DNA of 62,342 nucleotides, counting the filler, from Raja brachyura (lineage: Eukaryota): assembly GCA_963514005.1 (NCBI GenBank). It is 4 parts of 4 records of this genome, joined end to end, with 100 filler letters (N's around TTAATTAATTAA, not from the genome) between each part and the next. Parts side by side here need not be neighbours in the genome. Positions count along the whole stretch, not along the records: positions 20,399 to 35,010 come from CAUPSL010001253.1; positions 35,111 to 57,795 come from CAUPSL010000672.1; 2 more parts are not named here. One strand, written 5' to 3'. Below the pieces are notes generated by a model. The model saw only the letters and a program-made list of their open reading frames with translations. It searched no databases and was not told where the DNA came from. The translations under genes and the position numbers were made by a program. Below are positions 25,077-38,549 of the stretch, one piece after another. How positions within the stretch are numbered: position 1 is the stretch's first letter; every line of letters starts with the position of its first letter.

Positions 25077-26729
25077 GTAAGAGTTATTAAAATACTCGGG
25101 CAAACTATTTAAGGTTGTCAGCGGTAGAGTCAATGAGGTCTGTCGTCACACTGTATCAATAGAAAATAGGTGGAGGAGGAGGCCAATCAGCCCTTCGAGC
25201 CAGCACCGCCATTCGATGTGATCATGGCTGATCATCCCCAATCAGTACCCCCGTTTGTGCCTTCTCCCCATATCCCCTGATTTTTAAGAGCCCTATCTAG
25301 CTCTCTCTTGAAAGCATCCAGAGAACCGGCCTCCACCACCCTCTGAGGTAGAGAATTCCACAGACTCGCCACTCTCTGTGAGAAAAAGTGGTTCCTCATC
25401 TCCGTTCTAAATGGCAGACTCCTTATTCTTAAACTGTGTGTGTGTGTGGCCCCTGGTTCTGGACTCCCCCAACATCGGGAACATGTTTCCTGCCTCTAGC
25501 GTGTCCAATCCCGTCAGAATGTTATATTTTTCAACTAGATCCCCTCTCATCCTTCTAAATTCCAGTGTATACAGTTCCAGCCGCTCCATTCTTTCAGCAT
25601 ATGACAGTCCCGCCATCCCTGGTTCTGGACTCCCCCAACATCGGGAACATGTTCCCTGCCTCTAGTGTGTCCAAGCCCTTAACAATCTTATATGTTTCAA
25701 TAAGATGCCCTCTCATCCTTCTAAACTCCAGAGTGTACAAGCCCAGCCGCTCCATTCTCTCAGCGTATGACAGTCCCGCCATCCCGGGAATTAACCTGGT
25801 GAACCTACGCTGCACTCCCTCTTCGAGCCAGCACCGCCATTCAATGTGATCATGGCTGATCATCCCCCATCAGTACCCCCGTTCCTGCCTTCTCCCCATA
25901 TCCCCTGACTCTGCTATTTTTAAGAGCCCTATCTAGTTCTCTCATGAAAGCATCCAGAGAACCGGCCTCCTCAGGCAGAGAATTCCACAGACTCGCCACT
26001 CTCTATGAGAAAAAGTGTTTCCTCGTCTCCGTTCTAAATGGCCGACTCCTTATTCTTAAACTGTGTGTGTGGCCCCTGGTTCTGGACTCCCCCAACATCA
26101 GGAACATGTTTCCTGCCTCTAATGTGTCCAAGCCCTTAACAATCTTATGTTTCAATCCTCTCATCCTTCTAAACCCCAGAGTGTACAAGCCCAGCCGCTC
26201 TATTCTCTCAGCGTATGACAGTCGCGCCATCCCGGGAATTAACCTGGTGAACCTACGCTGCACTCCCTCAATAGCAAGAGTGTCCTTCCTCCAATTAGGG
26301 GACCAAAATTGCACACAATACTCCAGGTGTGGTCTCACCAGGGCCCCGTACAACTGCAGAAGGACCTCTTTGCTCCTATACTCAACTCCACTTGTTATGA
26401 AGGCCAACAGGCCAAACCTGCACGCAATACTCTAGGTGTGATCTCACCAGGGCTCTGTACAACTGCGGAAGGACCTCTTTGCTCCTATACTCAACTCCTC
26501 TTGTTATGAAGATCAACAGGCCAAACCTGCACGCAGTACTCTAGGTGTGGTCTCACCAGGGCTCTGTACAACTGCGGAAGGACCTCTTTGCTCCTATACT
26601 CAACTCCTCTTGTTATGAAGGCCGACATGCCATTCGCTTTCTTCACTGCCTGCCGTACCTGCATGCTCACATTACCAATTTTAAAACTAATTTCCTGGTT
26701 CAAACAATTAGCGTGTGCTTTGTTCACAG

Positions 26730-26920
26730 AACCAGAAGTGCAAGATCGCAACGAAGCTGAACTGGATACAAGCCAGCTTATTGTTTTGATCTGTGGAGCG
26801 ACCATCGGAATTCTTGGCACTGCAACGGGATTCTGCCTGTGTTTCTGGTTGCGTTTCACCAGACAGGACTCTTGGATTCTCCGGGTCAGCCCTTTCATGA
26901 GGGTATCCCATTCATCATAA
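26730..26920 (+). CDS. WA: MHC W-category alpha chain, CP/TM/cytoplasmic exon
   Basis: tttgttcacag|, phase 1. Encodes EPEVQDRNEAELDTSQLIVLICGATIGILGTATGFCLCFWLRF...SHSS*. Class II alpha-like EPE connecting peptide and Cys/Gly-patterned TM. An internal splice donor in the tail cannot be excluded. Confidence 0.85.
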
Positions 26921-29900
26921 GACATGGATCTGCCGTCTTTGTCCCTGGGGGACTGTTTCCGGCATGCTTGGTTCCAGAGCCTGTCCAACCCCTTAAGGAT
27001 CTTTCCAGGCACGGCAGAGGTTCACCTGCACCCCCTCCAACCTCATCCATTACATCCCCTGCTCTAGATGCCAGCAGCTCTACATCGATGAGACCAAGCG
27101 TAGACTTCCAAAGCGTCTTTTTATGCGAATTCGCGCATTTATCGAGTGCTGCGCCCCTCAAAATTCCATGGCACCACCGGAAGCACGTATATATATTATA
27201 TATATAACACACACACACATATATATAGATGTGACATTTATAGATGTGACATTGATGTGTATAATTAAATAACACATGCAGATTTCTCTAGTTTCTTATA
27301 TATTTATAAACACATATATTAATTATATATATATATATATACGCATCATATATATATATATATATATGTGATGCGCATATATGTGTGATATATATATACG
27401 ACTGCAGTAGTTCCTCCCTGCTCTTATAAAATCCTTTTGCTATGACCCCTTGTCCTGGACCTCCCCAACATTGGGAACAATCTTGTTAAAGAAGGAACTG
27501 CAGATGCTGGAGAATCGAGGGTTACACAAAAAGCTGGAGAAACTCAGCGGGTGCAGCAGCATCTAAGGAGCGAAGGAGATAGGCGACGTTTCGGGTCGAG
27601 ACCCTTCTTCAGACTGTTCTTCGTGAACAATCTTCCTGCATCTAGCCTGTCCAACTCCTTAAGAATTTTGTAAGTTTGCAAGTCTAAATTCTAGAGAGTA
27701 TAAACCGAGTCTATGCAGTCTTTGTTCATAAGACAGTCCTGACATCCCAGGAATCAGTCTGCTGAACCTTCTCTGCGCTCCCTCTATGGCAAGAATGTCT
27801 TTCCTCAGATTTGGAGACCAGAACTGTACGGAATACTCCAGGTGTGGTCTCACCAAGACCCTGTACAACTGCAGTGGAACCTCCCTGCTCCTACACTCGA
27901 ATCCTTTCGCTATGACTGCCAACATACCATTGGCTTTCTTCACTGCCTGCTGCACCTGCATGCCTACTTTCAATGACTGGTGTACCATGACACCCAGGTC
28001 TCATTGCATCTCCCCTTTTCCTAATCGGCCACCATTCAGATAATAGTCTACCCTCCTGTTTTTGCCACCAAAGTGGATAACCTCACATTTATCCCCAGAG
28101 CTATAGCTGCCCTTAACTGGCCCTGCTGAATGGAGGGAATTTGAGGGAAATGAGTTACCGTATTTCCCAGCAATGAAGACGCACCCCTCCATTTATTTGA
28201 GTTGCTAAATTTTGGCAGGACAGGATCGAGGGTTTGGCTTAGTGCAGGGGTCCGCAGCCTTTTTTGCTTAGGGGCCAGGACCCTCCGGGACTAGTTGCCC
28301 AGGTACCCAGGTCACCTGCGAGCCCCGAGTCTAGCTGTGGTTCCGCCGTCCGGTCCCGGCGGCCGCTCGCAGCCACCCGAGCTGTGAGCGAGTTTTTTTT
28401 TGTTAGAAGTAAGTACAGTAGTGTGGTACCCAAGTACCTAATACATACACACACATTACCATTCTTGTACAACTTGGTGTTTTTAATTTAATAATAAAAG
28501 AACATGTAACCATATAACAATTACAGCAGGGAAACAGGCCTTCTCGGCCCTTCCAGTCCGTGCCGACCATTTATTTTCCCCTAGTCCCATCTACCTGCAC
28601 TCAGACCATACCCCTCCATTCCCTTCCCATCCATATACCTATCCACTTTACTTTTAAATGTTAAAATCGATCCTGCCTCCACCACTTCTGCTGGAAGATC
28701 ATTCCACACAGCCACCACTCTCTGAGTAAAGAAGTTTCCCTCTCATGTTACCCCTAAACTTCTGTCCCTTAATTCTCATGTCATGCCCTCTTGTTTGAAT
28801 CTTCCCTACCCTCAATGGGAAAAGCTTATCCACGTCTATCCCTTTCATCATTTTAAAGACCTCAATCAAGTCCCCCCCTTAACCTTCTGCGCTCCAAAGA
28901 ATAAAGTCCTAACTTGTTCAACCTTTCTCTGTAACTGACTTGCTGGAACCCAGGCAACATTCCAGTAAATCTCCTCTGTACTCTCTCTAGAACAGTGAAG
29001 GAAAAAGGGAAATAAAGAGTGTCGAAATAGATAGACAAGCGAGTAGACACATAGCGAAAGAGACAGACAGTAGCAACGTTACAATATTTTGTGATTTAAA
29101 AAATCAAGTCTGCAATTTATCCCATCAGATAAAGCATAAAAAGAAGCTTAATTTGACACCTAATTCACTTTCATATCTTCCGTATTAAAAAAGTTATGGC
29201 AATTTTCATACTCGGAAGTTAAGCATCTTGTTCCCTATTGCTTTTCCATTGACTTAACTCAAAAGCTGTGATCTAGGACAGTCAAAAGCCCATAACTTTC
29301 TTAGAAATGAAGAGAACTCAATGAAACTTTCAGTTATTATAGATTGAAGCATTCTGAAACAAATATGAAACAATCTTACTTGGATGACCTGAAATCAAAG
29401 CATGTAATTAGTTAGTTACCCAACTGTAGCTAATTACAAAATTCAATTACTAGATCTAAACATCTATCCATTTCTTAAGAAAAGATAAACATTTTTAAAT
29501 TGCCTAAGTGTCCAAATAACATTCACACAATAATCCACAATATAACATGATTTTTAAGTCTCATTTTCATGAATATATAGGCCACATGGAAGGAATTTAG
29601 TATTTAATTCCCGTAAATTAATGGCCATTTAAATCAACTTGCGAGTGGGTTTTAGTGGAACGCGGTGGATTGGAACGCTGCGGTTTGCGGTGAATTTAAC
29701 CCACAGTCGGCAGGAAAAACACTGCCGGTTCGTATATATTTTTTGTCCCCTTTTCGCAACGTTTTTATGTAAAAATAAACTGTGTACCTTCTTTTATCCC
29801 CTACGTAAAATCCTTCCCGTTGTCGGCGCTCACGGCTTTAGAAGATGATTTTTAAATTACTCTAGCTAATAAATGATCTAGCGTAGTTTAAAAATACCTT

Positions 29901-32900
29901 CGTAAAACAAATGTCGGAGCAATTTCTCTTGAGCAACGAAATCCCCTGACATGGATCGATTTGAACTGTCTGGAGAAAAACGGCATTTTAAACCCGCCCC
30001 CCCTCTGAAAGGCGCCAAAGTCGTGCACACGGGGTTATCCACTTTGGTGGCAAAAATAGGAAATGCAGCGGATCATATTGAGTGGTGGTGCAGGCTCGAA
30101 GGGCCGAATGGCCTACTCCTGCACCTACTCTATGTTTCTATGACTCCACGAGGGAATTGTGCAACTCGTGGAGTCATGGAAACAGAAAATAGGTGCAGGA
30201 GGAGGCCCTTCGGCCCTTTGAGCCAGCACCGCCATTCTTTGTGATCATGGCTGATCGTCCCCTATCAATAACCCGTGCCTGCCTTCTCCCCATATCCCTT
30301 GACTCCACCAGCCCCTAGAGCTCTGTCTAACTCTCTCTTAAATCCATCCAGTGACTTGGCCTCCACTGCCCTCTGTGGCAGGGAATTCCACAAATTCACA
30401 ACTCTCTGGGTGGAAAGGTTTTTTTCTCACCTCAGTCTTAAATGACCTCCCCTTTATTCTATTGCGTTAAAGAAGGGACTGCAGATGCTGGAGAATCGAG
30501 GGTTACACAAAAAGCTGGAGAAACTCAGCGGGTGCAGCAGCATCTAAGGAGCGAAGGAGATAGGCGACGTTTCGGGTCGAGACCCTTCTTCTGAAACGTC
30601 GCCTATCTCCTTCACTCCTTAGATGCTGCTGCACCCGCTGAGTTTCTCCAGCTTTTTGTGTAACTCCCCTTTATTCTAAGACTGTGTGGCCCCTGGTTCT
30701 GGACTCGCCCAACATTGGGAACATTTTTCCTGCATCTAGCTTGTCCAGTCCTTTTATAATTTTATATGTTTCTATAAGATCCCCCCCATCATCCTTCTAA
30801 ACTCCAGTGAATACAAGCCTAGTCTTTTCAATCTTTCCTCGTATGACAGTCCCACCATCCCAGGGATCAATCTGGTGAACCTACGCTGCACTGCCTCAAT
30901 CACAAGGATGTCCTTCCTCAAATTAGGAGACCAAAACTCAACACAACACTCCAGATGTGGTCTCACCAGAGCCCTGTACAACTGCAGAAGAACCTCTCTA
31001 CTCCTGTACTGAAATCCTCTTGTTATGAAGGCCAACATTCCATTAGCTTTCACCTCTCATACTGAGGAAGGGTTTCGACCCGAAACGTTGCCTATCTCTT
31101 TAGATGCTGCTGCACCCGTTGAGTTTCCCCAGCCTTTTGTGTGCCCACATTCCATCAGCTTTCTTCACCGCCTGCTGTACCTGCACGCCAACTTTCAGTG
31201 ACCGGTGCACAAGGACGCCCAGGTCCCGCTGCACCTCCCCCTTACCCAACCGAACCTTTCCTCTGGTATCTTTTCTTGAAAGTCACCCAAGCAGAAGCAG
31301 AAACAATAGCGAGAACGTCCTTCCTCAAATGTTTAAGATGGTGGATGAATCGAAGGTAGGCAAAATGGCTGGAGAAACCCAGCCTCTGTGGAGCGAAGGA
31401 ATTGGCGACGTTTCGGGTCGAAACCCTTCTTCAGATCGAGACCCTTCTTCCGAAAACACTTCTCCCCACCTTTGTTCCAAGTATCTTTATTTTTACTTCT
31501 CGTGAATCAGCGAGCCATTAAAACAACAGTGAATTTAAAACCACTCCTCTCTCGATATCAAAAAATTCCGCTGATGCTCGAAGCAGAAATGCCGGAAGCA
31601 GCAAAATACATTGTCGGAGAGTGTGCGATCGGCTTCATATTAAAAGCACCTGCACTTCCTCTTCTCACAGCTACTACCGATGTGTTAACCATCATGTCAC
31701 CTGCACCATTTACTCTCAAATTTGCAAAGTTCTGTGGCAGTTCCGATAAAAAATATTTGACTTCTTGTTTAAATTTCAAAATATACTTTATTCGAGAAAT
31801 AAATTATATATAATGCATGCTCCTTACAAATCTCCCTCCGACATTCTCGGAGGCTATGCACACTTTCTACAAATCACAATTTTACCCCCCACCCTTGCCA
31901 CACATGTGGCCCACTGGTGTGGAATCCCTTCCATTATAGAAACATAGACGGGAAGGTTGGTACTCCAGACAAACCTAAATCTTCCGGAGGACAAGACTTA
32001 GGATCTGTATGCGGGATATATAGACACCAGACAATAGACAACAGGTGCAGGAGTAGGCCATTCGGCCCTTCGAGCCAGCACCGCCATTCAATGTGATCAT
32101 GGCTGATCATAGAAATTAGGTTCAGGAGTAGGCCATTCAGCCCTTCGAGCCTGCCCCGCCATTCAATGTGATCATGGCTGATCATCCAACTCAGTATCCC
32201 GTACCTGCCTTCTCTCCATACCCCCTGATCCCTTTAGCCACAAGGGCCACATCTAACTCCCTCTTAAATATAGCCAATGAACTGGCCTCAACGACCTTCT
32301 GTGGCAGAGAATTCCACAGATTCTGTTCACTGCTCTTTTATTATTAAATTAAAAATAAGAAGTTGTACAAGAACTGTACTATGTCTGTATGCATCAGGTA
32401 CTTAAATACCACATTACTGTATTTCCAACAAAAATATATTGGTGGATAAAATCATGGGAGGAATTGAAACATATACGATTATCCACTTGTTATAAGGTTA
32501 TCCACTTTGGTAGCAAAAACTACCTTCTGTGGCAGAGAATTCCACAGATTCACCACTCTCTGTGTAAAGAATGTTTTCCTCATCTCGGTCCTAAAGGAAT
32601 TCCCCCTTATCCTTAGACTGTGACCCCTTGTTCTGGACTCCCCCAACATCGGGAACAATCTTCCTGCATCTAGCCTGTCCAACCCCTTAAGAATTAAGAA
32701 GTTTTCATGAAAATGCATACAATTTTGGTCTCCAAATCTGAGAAAGTACATTCTTGCCATAGAGGGGGTACAGAGAAGGTTCACCAGACTGATTCCTGGG
32801 ATGCCAGGACTTCCATATGAAGAAAGACTGGATAGACTCGGCTTGTACTCGCTAGAATTTAGAAGACTGAGGGGGGGTCTAATAGAGACTTACAAAATTC

Positions 32901-33259
32901 TTAAGGGGTTGGACAGGCTAGATGCAGGAAGATTGTTCCCGATGTTGGGGAGGTCCAGGACAAGGGGTCACAGTCTAAGGATAAGGGGGAATTTCTTTGG
33001 GATCGAGGTGAGAAAAACATTTTTCACACAGAGTGGGGAATCTCTGTAATTCTCTGCCACAGAGGGCAGTTGAGGCCAGTTCATTGGCTATATTTAAGAG
33101 GGCGTTAGATGTGGCCCTTGTGGCTAAAGGGATCAGAGGGTATGGAGAGAAGGCAGGTACGGGATACTGAGTTGGATGATCAGCCATGATCATATTGAAT
33201 GGCGGTGCTGGCTCGAAGGGACGAATGGCCTACTCCCACACCTACTTTCTATGTTTCTA

Positions 33260-33930
33260 TGAGAGAGGGAGGGGGGAAAGAGGGGTAGAGAGGGAAAGAT
33301 GGGGGGAGAGAGGGAGAGGGGAAGGGAGAGATGGCGAGAGAGGAGGGAGGGAAAGTGAGAGGCAAAGGGGGAGAGAGATGGAGGGGGAGAGGAGAGGGAG
33401 GGTGATAGAGAGAAAGGGAGGGGGGGGAAGATGGAGGGGAGAAGGGAGGGTGAGAAAGGGGGGGAGAGGAGGGAGAGAACGATGGAAGGAGAGAGCGATA
33501 GAGGGGGAAAGGGGGTGAGAGGGAGGGATGGAAAGTGAGAGGAAAAGGGGGAGAGAGGGATAGATGGGGGGAGAGGGAGGGAGAGGGGGGGAGAGGAGGG
33601 AGAGGGAAAGGTGGTGACAGAGAGGGGAGAGAGGGAGGGGTAGATGGGGAGAGAGGGAGAGAAAGGGAAAGGGGGAGACGGGGTGAGAAAGGGGGAGAGA
33701 GGGAGGGGTAGATGGGAAGAGGGAAAGATGGGGAGAAAGAGGGAAGGAGAGAGAGAGAGAGAGGGAAAGGGGGGGAGACGGGGAGAGAGAGAGAGGGAGA
33801 GGGGTAGAGAGAGAGGTGGAAGGGAGGGAGAGAGAGGAGGAAGGGAGAGAGAGAGAGAGATAGGGAGAGAGGAGGGAGGGAGAGAGAGGGGGGGGTAGAG
33901 GGGTGCAGAGAGAAAGAGGGGGGGAGGGTA
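33260..33930. repeat. Polypurine (GA-rich) low-complexity tract
   Basis: Almost exclusively G/A on the + strand. Similar tracts at about 34685-35010 and 43765-44645. Confidence 0.9.
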
Positions 33931-35010
33931 GAGTCAGTGCCGTCTTGATCACTGTGTGAGATTCAGCAGTGATTTTCCCACGTCGTTGCTCCCTCTAACA
34001 TTGGTGACCAGGGCTGCCGGAGAGGTCAGTACATCGGCCTCGGTGCGGCTAAGGGTTAGCCGCCTTTGTGATCTCCCCCGGGCGGACGGGGATATGATCT
34101 CAACAACAACTGCATCACACCTCCTCTCTGCAAGCCTTTGCACATCTCACTTCCTGACTGGGGGGGGGGGGGGGGGAAACTGCAACTAAAAAAACCACCT
34201 TCCGGCCCCTCTAGCCAGCCGTGCGCAGAGAGGATCGGAGATCGCTCGCTAAATTTAAAACTCAAACGCCGGCGGTTACCCTTGTTGCTCAGTGCTCAGT
34301 GGTTTCTGCAATAAGACCTTTCAATTAATCCCACCGGCTGCAGTTTCCTGTCTCCGAAAATTCCCCGAACTCCCCCTCCCCCCCCCCCCCCCCTCCCCAA
34401 TTTAGCATGTCCATGTCAGATCCTCTGGGATGTGGACTCCCAGGTATTTAAAGCTGCTCATACTATCCACAGTATCTTCAACGGTCTTGTACGTCCTCGG
34501 ATGTTGTGCCTCCTCCGATCTACGCACATTTATACCGTCCTACACCGGACTCGCTGGGGGCGATTTTACAATTTTACTCACGGCCGATCAAACCTACAAA
34601 CCTCCTGCGCTTGCGGGAGGAATCCCGGCGATCCCGGAGACAACGCACGCAGGTCACGGGGAGAAAACGCTCAAACTCCGTGCGGGGGGGAGAGAGAGAG
34701 AGAGAGAGGGGAGGAGGATGGGAGAGAGGGGGAAGGGGGTGAGAAATATGGGGGGGGGAGAGGAAGGGGGAGAGAGGGGAAGATTGGGGGGGAGAGGGAG
34801 AGGGAAAGAGAGATGGGGAGAGGGGGTGAGAAAGGGGGGAGAGAGAGAGAGGGGAAGGGGAGACGGTTAAAGAGGGAGAGAGGAGAGAGGGAAAGGGGGA
34901 GAGGGTGGGAGAGAGAGGGGAAGAGAGGGAAAGATGGAGGGGAGAGGGAGAAGGGAGGTTTAGAAAGAGGGGGGGAGAGGAGAGAGAACGATGGAAGGAG
35001 AGAGAGAGTG

Positions 35011-35110
35011 NNNNNNNNNNNNNNNNNNNNNNNNNNNNNNNNNNNNNNNNNNNNTTAATTAATTAANNNNNNNNNNNNNNNNNNNNNNNNNNNNNNNNNN
35101 NNNNNNNNNN
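35011..35110. other. Assembly join: 100-bp gap with TTAATTAATTAA linker
   Basis: 44 N + ttaattaattaa + 44 N. Confidence 0.95.
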
Positions 35111-37411
35111 CCCCCACTCTCAAACCTCCATCTGCTCACCCTCCTTCCCCTCTCACCCTCTTTCCCCTCTCCTTCTCACCCTCACTCCCCCTCCCTTCAT
35201 CCCCTCACTCTCCCTCCATCCCTCTCATCTCATCCTCCTTCTCTCCTTCCCTCCTTCCCCACTCATTCTCACCCTCCCTCACCTGTCACCCTCCCTTCAT
35301 TACTTCTGACTATCCATCACTCCCCTCTCCTTCCCCTCTAATTCCCTCCTTCCCCTCTCATTCTCACCCTCCCTCCCTCACCCTCCTTCACCTCTCCTTC
35401 TCCTCTCCTTCTCACTCTCCCTCCATCCCTCTCTCATCCCCCTTCTCTCCTTCCCCTTTCCTTCTGACCCTCCCTCCATTCATCCCTTCTGACCCTACAT
35501 CACTCCCCTCACCCTCTTCCCCCTCTCCTTCTCTCCTTTCCCTCACCCTCCTTCTCCCTTCCCTCTCAGCCTCCCCTCTCACTCTCCCTCCACCCACTCT
35601 CCCTCCATCCCTCTCCTCTCATCCTCCTTCTCTCCTTCCCCTCTCCTTCTCACCCTCCCTCACCTCTCATCCTCCCATCATCCCTTCTGACCCTCCATCA
35701 CTCCCCTCTCCTTCTCTCCTTCCCTCCTTCTCCTCTCCTTCTCACCCTCCCTTCATCCCTTCTGACCCTACATCACTCCCCTCACCCTCTCCCCCCTCTC
35801 CTTCTCACTCTCCCTCCATCCCTCTCCTCGCATCCTCCTTCTCACCCTCCCTCCATTCCTCCTCTCATCCTCCTTCTCTCCCCCTCTCATTCTCACCCTC
35901 ACCCCTCACTTCATCCCTTCTGACCCTCCATCACTCCCCTCTCCTTGTCACCCTCCCTCTATTCCCCCACCCTCCCTCCCCTCATCCTCCCTCCACCCCT
36001 CTCTCATCCTCCTTCTCTCCTTCCCCTCTCCTTCTCACCCTTCATCCCTTCTGACCCTACATCACTTCCCTCACCTTCTCTCCTTCTCCTCTCCTTCTCA
36101 CTCTCCCTCCATCCCTCTCGCATCCTCCTTCTCTCCTTCCCCATTTCTTCTCACCCTCCCTCCCACACCTCTCACCCTCCCTCCCTCACCTCTCACCCTC
36201 CCTTCATCCCTTCTGACCCTACATCACTCCCCTCATCCTCCTTCCCCTCTCCTTCTCTCATTCCCCTCTCCTTCTCCCCCCCTTCCCCCTCCCCTCTTGC
36301 CCTCCATTTATTCCTCACCCTCACTCCCGCCCTCCCTGCCTCCCCACTCACCCTCCCCTCATCCCCTCACCCTTAATCCCTCCCCCCTCCACCCTTTCCC
36401 CTCTCCTTCTCACCCTCCATCCCTCTCCCTCGATCCCCCCACTCTCCCTCCATCCCTCTCCACTCATCCTCCTTCTCTCCTTCCCCTCTCCTTCTCGCCC
36501 TCCATCCCCTTCCTCCACTCACCGTCCATCATCCCTTCCCTCCCACCCTCCCTCCATCCCTCTCCTCTCATCCTCCTTCCCCTCTCCTACTCATCCTCCC
36601 TCTCCCACCCTCCCTCCCTCCTTCTCCTCACCCTCCCTCCATCCCCTCATCCTCCCTCCCCTCTCTTTCTCTCACTCCCTCTTTCTCTCGCTCCCTCCAC
36701 TCTCAACCTCCATCTGCTCTCCCTCCCTCTCCCTCCATCATCCCTCCCCTCTCACCCTCCCTCCCACCCTCTTTCCATCCCCTCTCCTCCCCTCTCCCGT
36801 TTCATCCTCCACCCCCCTCCCTCTCCCCTCTTTCTCTCGCACCCTCCATCCTCTCCCTCCCCTCTCACCCTCCCCTCATCCCCTCAACCTCAATCCCTCC
36901 CCCCTCACCCTCTTTCCCCTCTCTTTCTCACCCTCCCTCCATCTCCCCTCACCCTCCCTCCATCCCTCTCCTCTCATCCTTCCTCTCTCATTCTCACCCT
37001 CCCTCCCTCACCCCTCACCCTCCCTTCATCCCTTCTGACCCTACATCACTCCCCTCACCCTCCGTCCCTCTCCTTCTCTCCTTCCCCTCTCCTTCTCACC
37101 CTCCCTCTCCCTCCCCTCTCGCCCTCCATTTATTCCCTCACCCTCACTCCCCCTCCCTCCCTCCCCTCTCACCCTCCCCTCACCCTCAATCCCTCCCCTC
37201 TCACCCTCCTTCCTCTCACCCTCTTCCCCCTCTCCTCACCCTCCATCCCACTCCCTCCATTCCCCCTCACTCTCCCTCCATCCCTCTCTTCTCATCCTCT
37301 TTCTCGCCTTCCCCTCCCAATCTCACCCTCTGTCCCTCCCCTTCTCACCCTCCATCCCCTTCCTCCACTCACCCTCCATCATACCTTCTCTCCCTCCCTC
37401 CTTCTCCCCCC
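35111..37411. repeat. Polypyrimidine (CT-rich) low-complexity tract
   Basis: 2.3 kb of mostly C/T with a recurring cccttctgaccctacatcactcccctc submotif. Confidence 0.9.
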
Positions 37412-38549
37412 ATGAGAGGGAGTATTAAAAAAGTTATGGCCATTTTCATACTCGGAAATTAGCATCTTGTTCCCCATTGCCTTTCCACTGACGTAACTCA
37501 AAAGCTGTGATCTAGGACAGTCAAAAGCCCATAACTTTCTTAAAAATTAAGAGAACTCAATACAATTTTCAGTTATTATAGATTGAAGCATTTTGAAACA
37601 AATATGAAACAATCTTACTTGGATGACCTGAAATTATAATAACCCATGTAATAATTTCTTTCAGTTCTCTTAATTTTGAAGAAAGTTATTGGCTTTTGAC
37701 TGCCCTCAATCACAGCTTTTGTGTTAAGTCAATGGAAAACAATAGGGAACAAGATGCTAAGTTCCGTGTTTGAAAATGGCCATAACTTTTTTTAATACTG
37801 AAGATATGAAAGTGAATTAGGTGTCAAATTAAACTTCTGTTTATGCTTTATCTGATGGGATAAATTGCAGACTTGATTTTTTAAATCTCAACATTTTGTA
37901 ACATTGCTACTTATCGAGATGGTGCTGTCTGGACAAGACAATGAATGCAGCTATTATGTTAAAGAAGGAACTGCAGATACTGGAGAATCGAGGGTACACA
38001 AAAGGCTGGAGAAACTCAGCGGGTGCAGCAGCATCTAAGGAGCGAAGGAGATAGGCGACGTTTCGGGTCGAGACCCTTCTTCAGATTGGCAAATGCGGCT
38101 ATTAGTCGTGGATTGTAAAAGACGCTACACCATGAGATAACACCAGTTTAAACCTGTTAAAGAAGGAACTGTAGATGCTGGAGAATCGAGGGTACACAAA
38201 AAGCTGGAGAAACTCAGCGGGTGCAGTAGCATCTAAGGAGCAAAGGAGATAGGCGACGTTTCGGGTCGAGACCCGAGTCTGAAGAAGGGTCTCGACCCGA
38301 AACGTCGCCTATCTCCTTCGCTCCTTAGATGCTGCTGCACCCACTGAGTTTCTCCAGCTTTTTGTGTACCCACCAGTTTAAACCTTATGCCATCCAGCTT
38401 TTAATGACAGCACCCACAATTCACCCACAAAATGGTCAATGTTTACAGCGCAAACATTGACCATTTTGGCGGTTTTTAACAGGTAAGAAAGTACGCGTTG
38501 AGCTGCCCAGTGCGTCCCGCTGGATTACCTTAGATGCAAGATTATAGAG

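Noticed and set aside
33949-33955. CACTGTG as a J-type RSS heptamer
   Set aside because: No nonamer at 12 or 23 bp and no FGxG J motif.
36297-37415. 372-aa Pro/Ser/Leu-rich ORF (also 43731-44723 and 33257-33952)
   Set aside because: Stop-poor polypyrimidine/polypurine low-complexity DNA.
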